Positions 17,488 to 30,237 of a stretch of DNA of 64,000 nucleotides are shown piece by piece (position 1 is the stretch's first letter; each line of letters begins with the position of its first letter). The stretch spans positions 360,530,001 through 360,594,000 of the forward strand of contig OZ024741.1 of assembly GCA_964016885.1 (NCBI GenBank), read 5' to 3'. The translations under genes were made by a program, and so were the position numbers. This DNA is from Eledone cirrhosa (lineage: Eukaryota). A model generated the notes under the pieces. That model was not told where the DNA came from. It did not search any database and worked only from the letters and a program-made list of their open reading frames with translations.

Positions 17488-18304
17488 TCATCATCATCAT
17501 CATCATCAACGTTTAACGTCCGTGTTCCACGCTTGCATGGGTTTGGACGGGGGTAGTCCACTTGAGGCAAGAGTGATTGTCTTGCTCGCATAGGACTGTC
17601 TGGCAGGTTTTCTACAGTTGGATGCCCTTCCTAACACCAACCACATTTACAGTGTGGGTCTGGGAGGTTTTTACCGTGTTGCCTACACGGCCACATTACA
17701 GCGTGGACTGTGTGTTTTTTTGTCGTGACACCTACACGATCTCATTTGTTTCGGCCTCGATGGCGCGGCACCAACATAACTTTACATAGAACGGGGTGGT
17801 GTGGATCGGGTGGGGGTGGTGGGACGGGGTGTATTTGTTAGAGATGCCTACTGGCTGGAGTAGGTTTTACTATATATTTAGGTAAGGCGGGTCTTCTCTG
17901 TTACTGAGTACCGCCAAAGGTCTCGGTCCAGTGACATTGTCTTGGAGAGGTGTAAGTGTGTGATGTCGGAGTTTATCAGCTCGTCCCAGGTTTTTCTAGG
18001 TCTGCCTATTCCGTGACTACCGTCTATCTTTATTGCCCTGCACTTTGTTATACAGCTATCGACTTTCATGCGCATCACGTGTCCATACCAACGTAGCCTT
18101 CTCTCGAGTAGACAACATCTGATCCCTCTTATCTCTAATTTATTCCTTAGTTCGTTTATGCTTTTGCCGTTCACGTATATTACTGTTACACATCCAGCGG
18201 AGCATGCAAGCTTCGTTCCTCTCTAGTCTGCGTATATCCTCTGCACACAATGCCCAGGTCTCACTGCCATGCAGCATTGCTGTTCGTATGCAGGCATCGT
18301 ACAA
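17488..18304 (-). mobile_element. RTE-clade LINE 3' fragment (ORF C-terminus, 3' UTR and (GAT)n tail), truncated by the gap
   Basis: LYDACIRTAMLHGSETWAL...RRLRWYGHVMRM...GRPRKTWDELI...DRDLWR are RTE C-terminal motifs. One frameshift near 18170. Confidence 0.9.
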
Positions 18305-18504
18305 NNNNNNNNNNNNNNNNNNNNNNNNNNNNNNNNNNNNNNNNNNNNNNNNNNNNNNNNNNNNNNNNNNNNNNNNNNNNNNNNNNNNNNNNNNNNNNNN
18401 NNNNNNNNNNNNNNNNNNNNNNNNNNNNNNNNNNNNNNNNNNNNNNNNNNNNNNNNNNNNNNNNNNNNNNNNNNNNNNNNNNNNNNNNNNNNNNNNNNNN
18501 NNNN
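18305..18504. other. Assembly gap (200 N)
   Basis: Run of exactly 200 N, typical of a fixed-size scaffold join. Confidence 0.99.
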
Positions 18505-18680
18505 GGGTTAGATCCTGAGCAAGACAGTTGGATAGCATCCATGAGCTTGGCTGGTCACGCTTGGAGATCCAGCCGGATCAGTTGGAGACGGTTGCTTCTG
18601 ACAGGATCCACTGGAGGGAGTGTTTGAGGACTCTGTCCCCACGACCCTCTCAGGAATAAGTGGGCAAAGAAAAGAAGAAG
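18505..18680 (+). mobile_element. RTE (Rex3/Expander-like) LINE extreme 3' end
   Basis: Frame reads ARQLDSIHELGWSRLEIQPDQLETVASDRIHWRECLRTLSPRPSQE*, followed by an (AAG)n tail. Confidence 0.7.
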
Positions 18681-18982
18681 TATATGGCCATAGCTGTATC
18701 CTGTCTTCTTTCCTAGAAGACAGGATACAGTAGAATAAGTGAACAAAGAAGAAAAAGAAGTGATGATGATGTTGGTAGTAGCAGTAACAGTGATGATCAT
18801 GGTGGTGGTGGTGATAGTGGTAGTAGAGGTAACAGTGATGATGATGGTACTGGTACTGATGGTATTTGAAATAAATATACACATCAAGTCAATGTACAGT
18901 AATAACATTTGCTGCTAACAATCCCAAATTGATGTAAGTTAACTTTCTATTCTATTTGATTCATATAGGAGAGGATTGAATG

Positions 18983-19211
18983 TTAGCCCTTCGGCATTTA
19001 AACCAGCCATATCTGGCCAGAATTTTCTCACCTCTTTCTGTTCAAACCAACCATAACTGGCCGCTCATACTGACGTTAAGGTATTGTTCTCAAAATAAAT
19101 AACATCAAAATCTCATAGATTCGATATTATGTGAGATAATTATATAAGATAAAGCTGTTACCACAAAAATACAATAGTATATATAGAGTAATGTAAATGA
19201 TAAAGGGTTAG
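18983..19211. mobile_element. piggyBac-like MITE
   Basis: CCCTT...AAGGG termini with TTA(A/G) flanks. Second copy at 50088-50316. Confidence 0.6.
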
Positions 19212-19252
19212 TTCTACAGACTACCACAACCAAATTACCATTAACATCTCTC

Positions 19253-19583
19253 TTAGAGGCCCCACTCGGTCACAAATGACCATTGTTTTGTACCTAGAAA
19301 GTTTCCCTCTGAGGCACAAGCCTGGGCAAGGTTTGTTTTATGGAAGACCAGTAGTCGCCCATACACACTAGCCTCCCCCCTCCATGCCACCAATGAGGTC
19401 CAAGGGAAAGGCAATGACCGATACAGCTTGGCACCAGTGACGTTGCAACTAATTTCTACATCTGAGTAAACTGGGGCAATGTGAAATAAAGTGTCTTGCT
19501 CAAGGACACAATGCATCATCCGGTCCAAGAATCGAAATCACAACCTCTCAATTGTAAGCCCAATGCTCTAACCACTAAGCCAT
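19253..19583 (-). mobile_element. tRNA-derived SINE (family B head, alternative tail)
   Basis: Reverse strand has tggcttagtggttagagc and cttgagcaagacactttatttcacattg. Similar degenerate copy at ~52645-52922. Confidence 0.75.
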
Positions 19584-20015
19584 GAGCCTAGTAGTTATAG
19601 TAGGATTTAGGACTCACAATCATAAGGGCATGGATTGGATTCCTGAGCAAGGCAACATAATGAGAAAGATGCTTCGTTTTCACATTGTTTTTCATTATAG
19701 TACTGAAGACCCTATCATTAAAACACAAATGAAATCTTCTATGAGATATAATCTCATACAAGGCCAGGTAAACTTACACAGGTGTGAACTGTATGAACAA
19801 TAACATCTATACCAGAGTTTCAAAAACTATTTACACCATAACCCCCTAAAGGAATTCTTGACCTTTCATCAACCCTCAGGCATGTATAAAAACAAATAAA
19901 CCAGTAAACAATAATAAATTAACAGACAATAAAAATTAATTATATATTTAAAAAGAAAAACAACATAAACCTGTACAAGCAAGTTGCATTTTATTGTATT
20001 ATGTTGTGTACTTTT

Positions 20016-20400
20016 GGGTGGTGGTTTGGCAGTATCGGTAGAGCATTAGACACCATGCTTTGCAGCATAGAGTTATGTCTCTTTACGTTCTGAGTTCAAA
20101 TCTCACCGAGGTTAGCGTTACCTTTCATCTTTATGGGGTTGATAAAATAAAGTACAAGTAATACACTGGGGTAATTGCCAGCCTTATGCCAAAAGTAGAA
20201 ACATTACTGGGCAGTGGATTGGCAGTATCGGTAGAGGGTCAAACGCTATGCTTTGCAGCATAGAGTTACGGCCCTTTACAGTCTGAGTTCAAATCCCACG
20301 GAGGTTAACTTTGCCCTTTCATCCTTACGAGGTCTATAAAATAAAGTACCAGTAATGCACTGAGATAATTGCTGGCCTTGTGCCAAAAGTTGAAAGTATT
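20016..20400 (+). mobile_element. Two tandem family A SINEs (20016-20206, 20209-20400)
   Basis: Two head-to-tail full copies, each with A and B boxes. Confidence 0.9.
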
Positions 20401-21041
20401 ATGTTATGTATTTTTATTTCTGATACAAATATCAAGTTTTGGTCCAAAAGTTCAATCAACTCCCCCTCCTCACCTGGGTAGACCCATTAAGCCCTAACTG
20501 CATCATGGACCCCTGATCTACACTAAGAGCCATGAGCCAATGAATAAGCATCTACAGGGTTTCCCGTTATGCCAGAAATAGCAGCCAAATCCCTAAAAAG
20601 ATGAGATGGTCATGGATGGAATGCCTTAGATCATATGTTTACTTGATTAGGATTGACCTGGGGTTATATGCCTCTATATGGCTCTATATGCTCACTTACC
20701 TGTACAAAATAGCAGTCAAATCTCCCTCATCTTATACTTGACTGTATTTAAAAAAAGGACACTCTGAGTAACATAATCCTAGACATACTATGTAGCTATA
20801 AAAGACAAGCTGGCCAAAGTTGAAATATGTTTGATAAGAAATCTGCCAGATCAAGGCTGGTCTAGGACTAAACACGCACACATGCACACACCAGAGGTAG
20901 TTGAACTGGTATGGACCCACCCAATAATTATATCTTTCTCTCCAAACTACCACAAAAACACACATCTATTTGTATATGCACTATAATTTATGTACATGTT
21001 ATGTTTATCGCATATCAAAGTTTTTTTTATATCTTTGGTTG

Positions 21042-21441
21042 ATAATAATAATAATAATGAAATATTGTGTACAGTGCTCAGGTGCACTACAACTCATCAA
21101 AAGTGTATGTATAGTACATAGGGTAATGTACAAACGTCAGGAAAATGAACAGTGCATGAGTCATGATATACACAGGTGTGCATGTGTATAGAAGGGGTAC
21201 ATCAGGTGTAGTTTTGGCGAATTTCGGGAAGCATGAGGGTTTTAAAGGATGCAGTGTCTCGGCAGCTAACAACTGACGCAGGCAGTTTGTTCCATGCTTC
21301 AGCAACTCTGAGCGTGAAAAAATGTTTCCGAAAGTCATGGGAGCTGTGCTGTTTTCTGATTTTGTAGGCATGTCCACGTGTGTTAGACACATGGAGATCA
21401 AAGGTGCTCAGGGTTGTTGTTGGCAAGATGGTTAATAACTT
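21042..21441 (-). mobile_element. CR1-clade LINE 3' fragment
   Basis: NTRGHAYKI...RKHFFTLRVAEAWNKLPASVVS...SFK is the CR1 ORF2 C-terminus, followed by a 3' UTR and (ATT)n tail. Confidence 0.88.
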
Positions 21442-21683
21442 GATATTTGATAATAATAGCTAAATTAATCACTACAACTAAATTGACCAAATTTTCCCCC
21501 CTCCCTAATTCAAAAATGCTTCCACCACACCTGCACACACAGAACATATGGGCAAGGCACCGTCATCTGACTTGTCTGTCTAGTTTCGGAATGTGTTAAC
21601 CTTTCAATACAAACATGGAAAATAGACAGAAAACAGTGACAATGATGATGATTATGATCACAATGGTACATATATATATATAT

Positions 21684-22073
21684 GGAGGCACATGGCTTAG
21701 TGGTTAGAGTATTGGCCTTGCAATCGAAAGGTTGCGAGTTCAATTCTCAGACCGGGTGATGTGTTGTTTCCTTGAGCAAGACACTTTATTTCACATTGCT
21801 CCAGTTTACTCAGCTGTAGAAATGAGATGATAGGGACTGGGGTCCCTATTATTCCACTGCAAAGTGGTCGTGGAGGTGCCACGGCAAAAAAGCACCCAGC
21901 CCACACTGTAAAGTGGACGTGTAGGTGCCACGGCAAAAAAAGCACCCAGCACTCACTGTGAATGAGGTTGGTGTTAGGAAGGGCATCCAGCTGTAGAAAT
22001 CAAGCCAGAATCAGTTCCCGTCCCACCCTTGCAAGCAGGGAAAAGTGGATGTAATGATGATGATGATGATGAT
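21684..22073 (+). mobile_element. tRNA-derived SINE, family B (RTE-type tail)
   Basis: A box tggcttagtgg, B box gttcaattc, tail ggaagggcatccagctgtagaaa...(GAT)n. Confidence 0.9.
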
Positions 22074-22283
22074 AGAAATACATTCATAATCATCCTCACC
22101 ATCACCGTTTAACAGCCATTTTTCCATATTAGCATGGGTTAGATGAGTTGTCCTATTTGAGGGAAGTCAGATCAGGTGACTGTCTAGCTCATACAGAACT
22201 GTTTCTGGCTTGGTTTCTACTGCTAGATGCCTTTCCTAATACCAACTACATTTATAGTGTGGACAGCACAGAGAGAGAGAGAG

Positions 22284-22440
22284 AGAAATGGCTTCTACAG
22301 GGGGCTTTTCTGATGATTTCCTTTGAATGAAACAGTTCTAGTCCTGTAGAAGCCATTTCTATATTGAATTTTGTATATACTCTGCTATCTATTTTGTACC
22401 TTACTTACTGTGATTACCCCCAATTGAACCCGGCACTCAC
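22284..22440 (+). ncRNA. Hammerhead-like motif inside a short fold-back element
   Basis: CUGAUGA(22310)-uuuccuuugaau-GAAA-caguucuag-UC, enclosed by the inverted pair agaaatggcttctacagg/cctgtagaagccatttct. Stems are weak. Sister copy at 56291-56457. Confidence 0.45.
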
Positions 22441-22456
22441 ACACACACACATATAT

Positions 22457-22840
22457 ATCATCATCATCATACGTCCGCTTTTCCCTGCTTGCAAGGGTGG
22501 CACGGGAAATGATTCTGGCTTGATTTCTACAGCTGGATGCCCTTCCTAACACCAACCTCATTCACAGTGAGTGCTGGGTGCTTTTTTTTGCCGTGGCGCC
22601 TACATGACCACTTTACAGTGTGGGCTGGGTGCTTTTTTGCCGTGGCACCTCCACGACCACTTTGCAGTGGAATAATAGGGACCCCAGTCCCTATCATCTC
22701 ATTTCTACAGCTGAGTAAACTGGAGCAATGTGAAATAAAGTGTCTTGCTCAAGGAAACAACACATCACCCGGTCTGAGAATTGAACTCACAACCTTTCGA
22801 TTGCAAGCCCAATGCTCTAACCACTAAGCCATGTGCCTTC
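22457..22840 (-). mobile_element. tRNA-derived SINE, family B
   Basis: Near-identical inverted copy of 21684-22073. Confidence 0.9.
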
Positions 22841-25707
22841 ACACACATATATATGTATGCGTGTATGTGTGCGTGTATGTGTGCGTGCGTGCGTGTGTAT
22901 ATAAACATGGTATTTCTAAGAGGAGCAGAAGCGTACCACAGTTAAATAAAACAATCAATACAGTAAAGTTAGATACATATTTCTTATAGAAATTACTCCA
23001 CTTGTTTGAAATTATCAGGTATGGTGATTACAAGGTATATAAGCCAATGAATGAACACCTATGAGGTCACTCAACCTGCCAGAAATAACAGCCAAACATC
23101 CTTTCAATCACACTTAAAAAAAATGGTAAGATGTTTGATAATGTAATCATGAAATACACACACTATCTGTAAATTAAAGTTGGGATGGTTACAGCTGGAA
23201 CACTCCTAGGTCTGTTGGAGGTGATTTAAAGGTGGAGCAAACACCTCTACACTTTTACTCCACCTTCTTTCCTATTCCTCTCACCAATCCACTCAACAGT
23301 TTCTTAGTTCTAAACTAGGGGCTCTCAAATTTGTTGGGCTACCACCCCCACTCATGGTCACATAATACCCTCAGCACTTCCCCACCCCTACTTCCAGAGA
23401 GACCTACCTACATGCAAATTGTAAATAATATATAATAAATAATATAATATATACTATGTATCAATAAATATTATATATTTTTTATTTATATGTATCATTT
23501 GATATTTAATATACTATGAGATCATCTCTACTGCCATCCCCATTGTTCCCTTAGGCCCCAGCACTTATCTGGGCCTTCTCAATCCCCCCTGGGGTTGGGT
23601 GTAACGCCCACTTTGAGAACCTTTGTTCTAAACTCTACTCCTAGACATTTCTCATGTAGCTGTCAGTCATTTCATTATTATATTTCTAATGAAAAACACT
23701 ACCTATGATTTTCAAATAATTTAGGAAATAATCAAAAGTTTGAAGGGATTCTGTAATATAACTTTCCCATTATTTAGCGGGTGTTTGGGACATAACTTAA
23801 CAAAAGTTCCTACATAAAATTATGATGGAAGGTCTTTTGATAAATATAAACACTTTAAAATAACTTTGATCATAGAATCAGATGTACTGGCTGTTTGGTA
23901 TTAGAAGGGTTTAGGGGTTGGAGTAGTGGAGTTCCATGTTCCATGACAGTTATATGCCATTTAAGGGTTCTGAACTGAGAACCGTTTTCAGCTGTTGATG
24001 TTCCATAGAGAACCAAGTTGATAGAGCACTGAACTACTGACTGAAAGGGGAGTGGTTCATGTCGAATCACAGGCACTACACAGTCCCTCTCTAAGGAAGT
24101 TTTAAGTTTCATACTGGTAAAATATGCTCTGGCATAGCTGTATGGTTAAGGAGTTTGCTCCATAGCCACGTGGTTTTGAGTTCAGTCCCAGGGTATCTTT
24201 TCTTATACAGTCGGGTTGACTTGTGAGTAAAATTTGGTAGATGAAAACTGTAACAGCCTATCATACATGTATGCATATATGTATGTGTGTGTATGTTTGT
24301 ATGTATGTATATAAATGTGTGTGTGTATCTGTGTATTTATTCATGTTTACTGTTTGTTTATGTCCATAACTTAGTGGTACAACAAAAAGAATTGAATAAA
24401 ATAAGACTTGAAAAAAAATAAGTGCTGGGATTGATAGGATTGGCTTAATCCTTTCAAGGCAGTGCCTTAGCATGGCCACAGTCTAACGACTGAAACCAGT
24501 AAAACAATAGAATAATCCATGAAACCACTTATAAATTATTATAATACTAGTGTATTCCTGCTGTCAAAAATGATTTAATAATTATAGAGAATGGTGCATC
24601 TGTGCAAAATAACTGATCAAGCCATTGATGAATTTCTTGCCTAAAGACATCACACTTTGTATTTAATAATATAATATTATATTTTGTTGTTATATATCGG
24701 AAGGGTTGTGTTGTTCTAATATCGCCAGAAAAATATAGTAAAACACACTCATTATTTTGATCTTAACCAAAAGACTATGACCAATAATTTGTAAATATGA
24801 TAGTGCGTGCTACTCACTGAAAACGATGAACCACAACAGTATAGACAATTCTCTCATAAAAATAAACAGATTTTAGCCCTTGATATATATCATCACTGTT
24901 TAACACCTATTTTTCATGCATGCATATGTTAGATGGGTTGACACTTTATAAAGCTAGACATGTCAGGTGACTACTCCATTTTGGGGCTTGGTTTTCTACA
25001 GATGAATGCCCTTCATTGCAGTGTGGACAGGATGCTTTGTTGTGTTAATAACACAACCACCTTAGAGGATGTTCTGGGTAAATTATATCATGCCACTAAT
25101 ATATATATCAGGACAGAACCAGTTTTAAAATAGTTAGACAACAGAGTACTCGATATTTGGGATAGTAGAGTATGGCTATATTAGAAAGAGTCAGGGTCTA
25201 GCTGTCGAAATGGCAAGAGCTCAGCCGTCGGGCCCCAACTCTTTCTAACACACACACAGGCATTTGCAAAGCTAGTAGATGTGAAATGTAGGTATCATTT
25301 CAAACTTCTCATTAAATATTTTAAGAATCAATACTAAATACAAATGATTTATACATGGTTTATGAGTATATACATGTACATTTAGTGTAAGAGAACAAAA
25401 TAAAATAAATTAGATTTGAGGTGAGTAGGACCATACCAACTAGCCTACCTGTCCATCTTCTCTGTTTTAACGTGTGGGGTGTCTGTTTACGTTTGTGTCT
25501 TTGTATGTTTGTGTCAAGTAATCTAACAGTTCGACAAAAATGAAATGAGATCGACAAAATAAGTACCAGACTTGAAAAAAAAAATTACTGGGGTCGATAT
25601 GATCGACGAAATCAAGGCGGTGCCCCAACACACCCGTAGTCTACTGGTTGAAACAAATAACAGAATGAAATAGATATTTTAGTAAATAAAAAGAATATAA
25701 AAAATAC

Positions 25708-26358
25708 CTTTCTTCGACGCGATCTAAATTTCTTTTCATTCTTAGTAGAAGACGGAATAATTTCTTCAACCGTGACTTCGACACTTGGAGATGTCTGGCA
25801 TTGCTTATTATAGTCGGAGCTTCCTTTATGTTCGGAAGTTTCTGTACATTCCAGGTTTACACTTTGGTAACCGTCATATGACTTTCGCTTGCCACTATTC
25901 AATCTAGTGGTTTCACACGTTTCTTGACACTCTGCAGACAACTCTTCGATTTTTTCTGCTTCTTCTTGAACATGTTGGTAAGAGGGTTTCTTTGCAGGGA
26001 AAGGAAGCGCATGTTTTAAGTTCGTGATTTTAGAATTGTGAGACACTGTCGGTGAGGAGCCCGACATTTTGTATATGTTTGAGCGACTAATTCCAGTATC
26101 AACTTCGTCATATCCTTGTTTTATTGACATGGTGGAAACAGAGGAATTGAGTGTTTTGTTTTCAAACCTGTTAACATTTATTGGTTCGTTAGAGATAGAT
26201 GTATCAGTTACACTAGCACAGTAAACGCCTGTTGTTGACATCTCTACTTCACTTTCATCACAGATCTCTTTCAGTTTAGAATATGGTGCATGACTCCAAA
26301 CAGGCCTGATGTATCTCTTGTGGAAACCTACAGCTGTATCCCAGATTTTATGCCACAT
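25708..26358 (-). CDS. Probable first coding exon (217 codons) of an uncharacterised host gene
   Basis: Longest non-repetitive, non-TE ORF in the window. ATG has A at -3. Protein-like composition (aromatic/basic N-terminus, then S/E/T-rich) ends at KKFRSRRRK, exactly at an AAG|GTATTT donor (phase 0) followed by T-rich intron-like sequence. Downstream exon not found. Confidence 0.65.
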
Positions 26359-27501
26359 TATAAAAGATACAAAAAAATAAGGGTCACGTTACGCAATACA
26401 TTGAATTGTTGTTACATTTGCTCATAAATAAATGTCAGCAACACGAACTCGAAATGGAAGAAAGAAAATAGCTGTTGCTTAAAATATGTTTTCTTTCCTG
26501 TCTTCTGAGACAAATATATCAATCAGCATGTGAGAGAAGATCGAACCCAACAGATATAATCCACCTGTAACTCCTCTGACAGTTGATTCAACAACGAAAA
26601 AACAATAAATTCGACATGACTATGATTCTTTTTACTGTCAATCGGTAAAACCCAAGAATGAATAATATAAATAAAAGCTAAACAGAACAGGTATGGTGCA
26701 GAGACAGTAAAATCAATGAACTGATATATAAACCATTACGTTGACACTCCACGTGCTTTAAGAAGAAAAGGAAACAAAAACAGGGCTGAGACAAGAAATC
26801 AACTGCTAGCTTGTTGAAGTTTTCTTCTTTCTTTCCGTGTAATAAAATGCAATCATCGTATTTTGTCTTCTTTCCTTTCTTTTTGTGGTGCATGTGATTT
26901 TCAACGTCTGCGACAGTGCTACGCTTATTTACAAGCGACCATGATCCGGTTGGTAGACAGGAGTCGACGATGTCTTCTGTTTAAATGTGTGATATTATGT
27001 ACACATATGTGTAATATATCTACAGATGGGAGCAGTGAAGCAATGTTAAGTGGCGGCAGTATAACGAATGCAATGTCCTGTTAGTGCCAACTCCACTACC
27101 ATAACCACTACTACATATGTTAAATAGACATGTAAGCCACACCCACCTGCTCTGCTACTACTACTATTACTACCACCACAACTACTAATAATGATACTTT
27201 TAAAATTGAGCTATAGCACAGCCAATGTTTATCAACAGGTTCACAGACAAGTCGACTAAATAGATTCAAGGTTCATAAATAAAAACAAAAAATTGTATTA
27301 GAAACAAAAAAAAAACGAAAACCAAAACAAAAAAAGCCCAGTGTATGTTAATATCGCTCCCAAGTATACACCTATTTTCTCACTGCTAGACCTGTTATTT
27401 ATCATTCGTTATATTAGCACTGTTGTTAGCGATGTATTATTAGAATCAGCAGAAAGGAAATCTGAAATGCATACGTTTGGTTGATTTCTATTATATTTTT
27501 C

Positions 27502-27552
27502 TTTTTCTCTCAGTTCTGTCTTTCCAACATAATAGACGCGCGTGTATATGTG

Positions 27553-27594
<42 letters not shown>

Positions 27595-27658
27595 ATATAT
27601 ATACATACACATATACACGCGCGTCTATTATGTTGGAAAGACAGAACTGAGAGAAAAA
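27502..27658. repeat. Perfect inverted repeat (~57-bp arms) around a (TA)n spacer
   Basis: tttttctctcagttctgtctttccaacataatagacgcgcgtgtatatgtgtatgta and its exact reverse complement. Confidence 0.9.
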
Positions 27659-27971
27659 TATAATATATATATATATATAATATTTTCTATACTTTTCATT
27701 TATAAATATATATATATATGTATATATATACATATATATGTGTGTGTGTGTGTGCAAAATGTGAACAGATAAAACAGCAAAACGATACAGTACAATGAAG
27801 ATATATATTCGTGGCATTTCTTATTACAAGAGTAAGAGAGAACAATTTTAAATAAATACTCAATACAAATGAGTAGAAATGTTATAAATATTTTATTAGT
27901 TAACTGTGACCAGTTATGTGAAAGAGAGAAACAAAGATTTCTCTGTGAGGATTAAATAATGTTAATAATAA

Positions 27972-28135
27972 TAATTGTTACTACTTTTAGCACCAGGTTA
28001 GCGATGATTCCAGTGCATTACTGGTACTTTGTTTTATCGACCCCGTAAGGATGAAAGGCAAAGTTAACTTCGGCGGGATTTTAACTCAGACCGTAAAGGG
28101 GCGTAACTCTATGCTGCAAAGCATGGCGTCCGACC
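27972..28135 (-). mobile_element. Family A SINE, 5'-truncated
   Basis: Core and B box present on the reverse strand. Confidence 0.8.
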
Positions 28136-28263
28136 AATGATATACCTTGTGATTGGAATTTGATAGATGGAAACTACAAAAGCTCGTTTTATAACACACA
28201 CACACACACACATACACACACACATATATATATATATATATAGAAGTAAAGAAACATTGTTTG

Positions 28264-29572
28264 ATCGCCGAGACCATCTGCTCGAGGTCTGCCTCAGCCG
28301 AGCCCCCTCTGTCTACCCGCTGGCCTACTTGTCATATGGAGTCCCGAGCATGCTCCTTGCTGCTGACATGATCATACCTTCAGCTACTGGGGTCCAACAG
28401 GGTGACCCTTTAGGCCCCCCTCCCCCTCCTCTTTGCTTTTGGTATAGACCACATTGCACGGAATATCACGGCCCCTCTCAATATTTGGTACCTGGATGAT
28501 GCCGTGTTGAGCGGGTCCGTGGAGAGTGTCTGCCACGACCTGCAATTGGTGGTTCCTACTCTGACGAAAATCAGCCTCGAGGTCAACTCGTCCAAGTCCA
28601 AGGTGGTGAATATCATCGCTTTGCAGCCTCCATCTCGGACGTGTGATCTATCCTCCTCCAGGTACAGATGACATCTTTGGGTCACCGATCCATCTGCCGG
28701 CCATCCGCTCCACCATCATGTCTAAGCTCCAGCAGCTCAAGACCCTCACGAGCAGACTGGGCATGACTGACGTCCACCCAGCCCTCTTCCTGTTGAGGAA
28801 CTGCTTCGTCATGCCGAAGCTCCTCAACACTCTTCGTAGCGCTCCTGGTTACAGCCATGCATATCTCTCCTTGCTGACTTCGACACTTGTATCCGAGTGG
28901 CAGCTGAGGAGATATGCAAAGTCGTGTTTGAAGACTTTGTATGGCAACAGGCCACCTTACCTGTTAGATATGGTGGCCTTGGCCTCCGGTCCCCGGTCTC
29001 GCTGGCTTTGCCGGCGTTTTATTCGTCGGTAACCTCATGCTGCGTCCTCGTCGACAGGGTTCTCCTAAACACAATGGAACCCATTGTGATCGAGGAACGC
29101 GAGGCCGCCTGCGAGACGTGGAACCGGCTCGGACTCAGCCCAGTAGACGTCTCTTCTCCTTCTCTCCCTGTTGACGTCAAGTCCCCCCCAGACTGTTTGG
29201 GGTGCCATCGCGTGCAACCTGGCCTTGGACAGGCTAGTGCACCAGCTCGACGAGCACCACCTTGCATGTTTTAGCGCAGCCTCGCAACCTCACAGCGGTG
29301 CCTGGCTCCATGCCTTACCCTCCTCCTCCACTAGCACACAGCTGGACAATGATAGCCCGAGCACCGGGGTCTCCAGATCTGTGAGTCACACAAATGTAGC
29401 TGCGGATCCCCCTCACCATCCTCCGGGGAAACGCCTTCACTATTCTGTCCGCCGGGGCCGTGGAGCAGCCAGCGCATGGGACCCCATTTGCTCATAATGG
29501 TGAGAGATGGGGAGGGCGAGAGAGATGGAGGCGATGACAGTGGGAGTTCGGTTCCTCTGTATTCGTACCTGG
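28264..29572 (+). mobile_element. CRE-clade (RLE-type) non-LTR retrotransposon fragment, degenerate
   Basis: RRDHLL, TGVQQGDPLGP, WYLDD, FLLRNCFVMPKL, QATLPVRYGGLGLR, HSGAWLHALP and ILRGNA occur across frameshifts. The nuclease region is deleted. Confidence 0.85.
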
Positions 29573-30165
29573 TGTACGTGCGTGTGTACTTCTATTCATT
29601 CGATATGACAGTAACTTGAGATCAACATACATACCTAGGTTACGACAAAGAAAATACTATATCTGCGTCATGTACCAATAATAAATGCGGCGACAAACTA
29701 TTTAAAGACGGCATATCTAGTCACTTGTAATTCATTTGACTGCTGATTAGATACTGAACTAGGCAGAAAAACTCCGCTAAATTCATTTTAACTCAACTTC
29801 CAAAATATTTCCGATCACACGTGGTTTATGCACTGGCATAAAACATATTTTTACGAGAGACCCTACGCTACATTTTCAAAATGTTGGTAAAACATCAGTT
29901 AATGGAAGAAGCCAGTCCGAAAGTCTCAAATAAATTATTGATTGCAATAAATGAAATCTGGCTTTAATAATCAATAATGAAAAAAATCGACAAATTGCCT
30001 GTTTTACTTGATCTACTGATTGTAGTTATAAACAGACGTAAAACACTCTAAGAATCTTGTTCCTTAAAGTATTATCACTAAGGTATGAGACGGAGTGTCA
30101 ATATTATAGAGAAGAGAGACGGTTTTAAATGTACATCGTTGATTTATTAAGTAATTGAACTTTCC

Positions 30166-30237
30166 ACCTGCCTGATGAGAACAAGTCAAATGGTTATTAT
30201 GTAATCACTTTGACGTCTTTGAAATACGTATAACAAG
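30166..30237 (+). ncRNA. Type I hammerhead ribozyme motif in a fold-back element (30107-30352)
   Basis: CUGAUGA(30172), long stem II (gucaaa..ugguua/uaauca..uuugac), GAAA-UACGUA-UA. Stem III palindromic. Stem I imperfect (ccugc/acaag). Confidence 0.55.

Noticed and set aside
21684-21760. tRNA-like heads with A and B boxes
   Set aside because: These are SINE heads attached to SINE bodies, not stand-alone tRNA genes.
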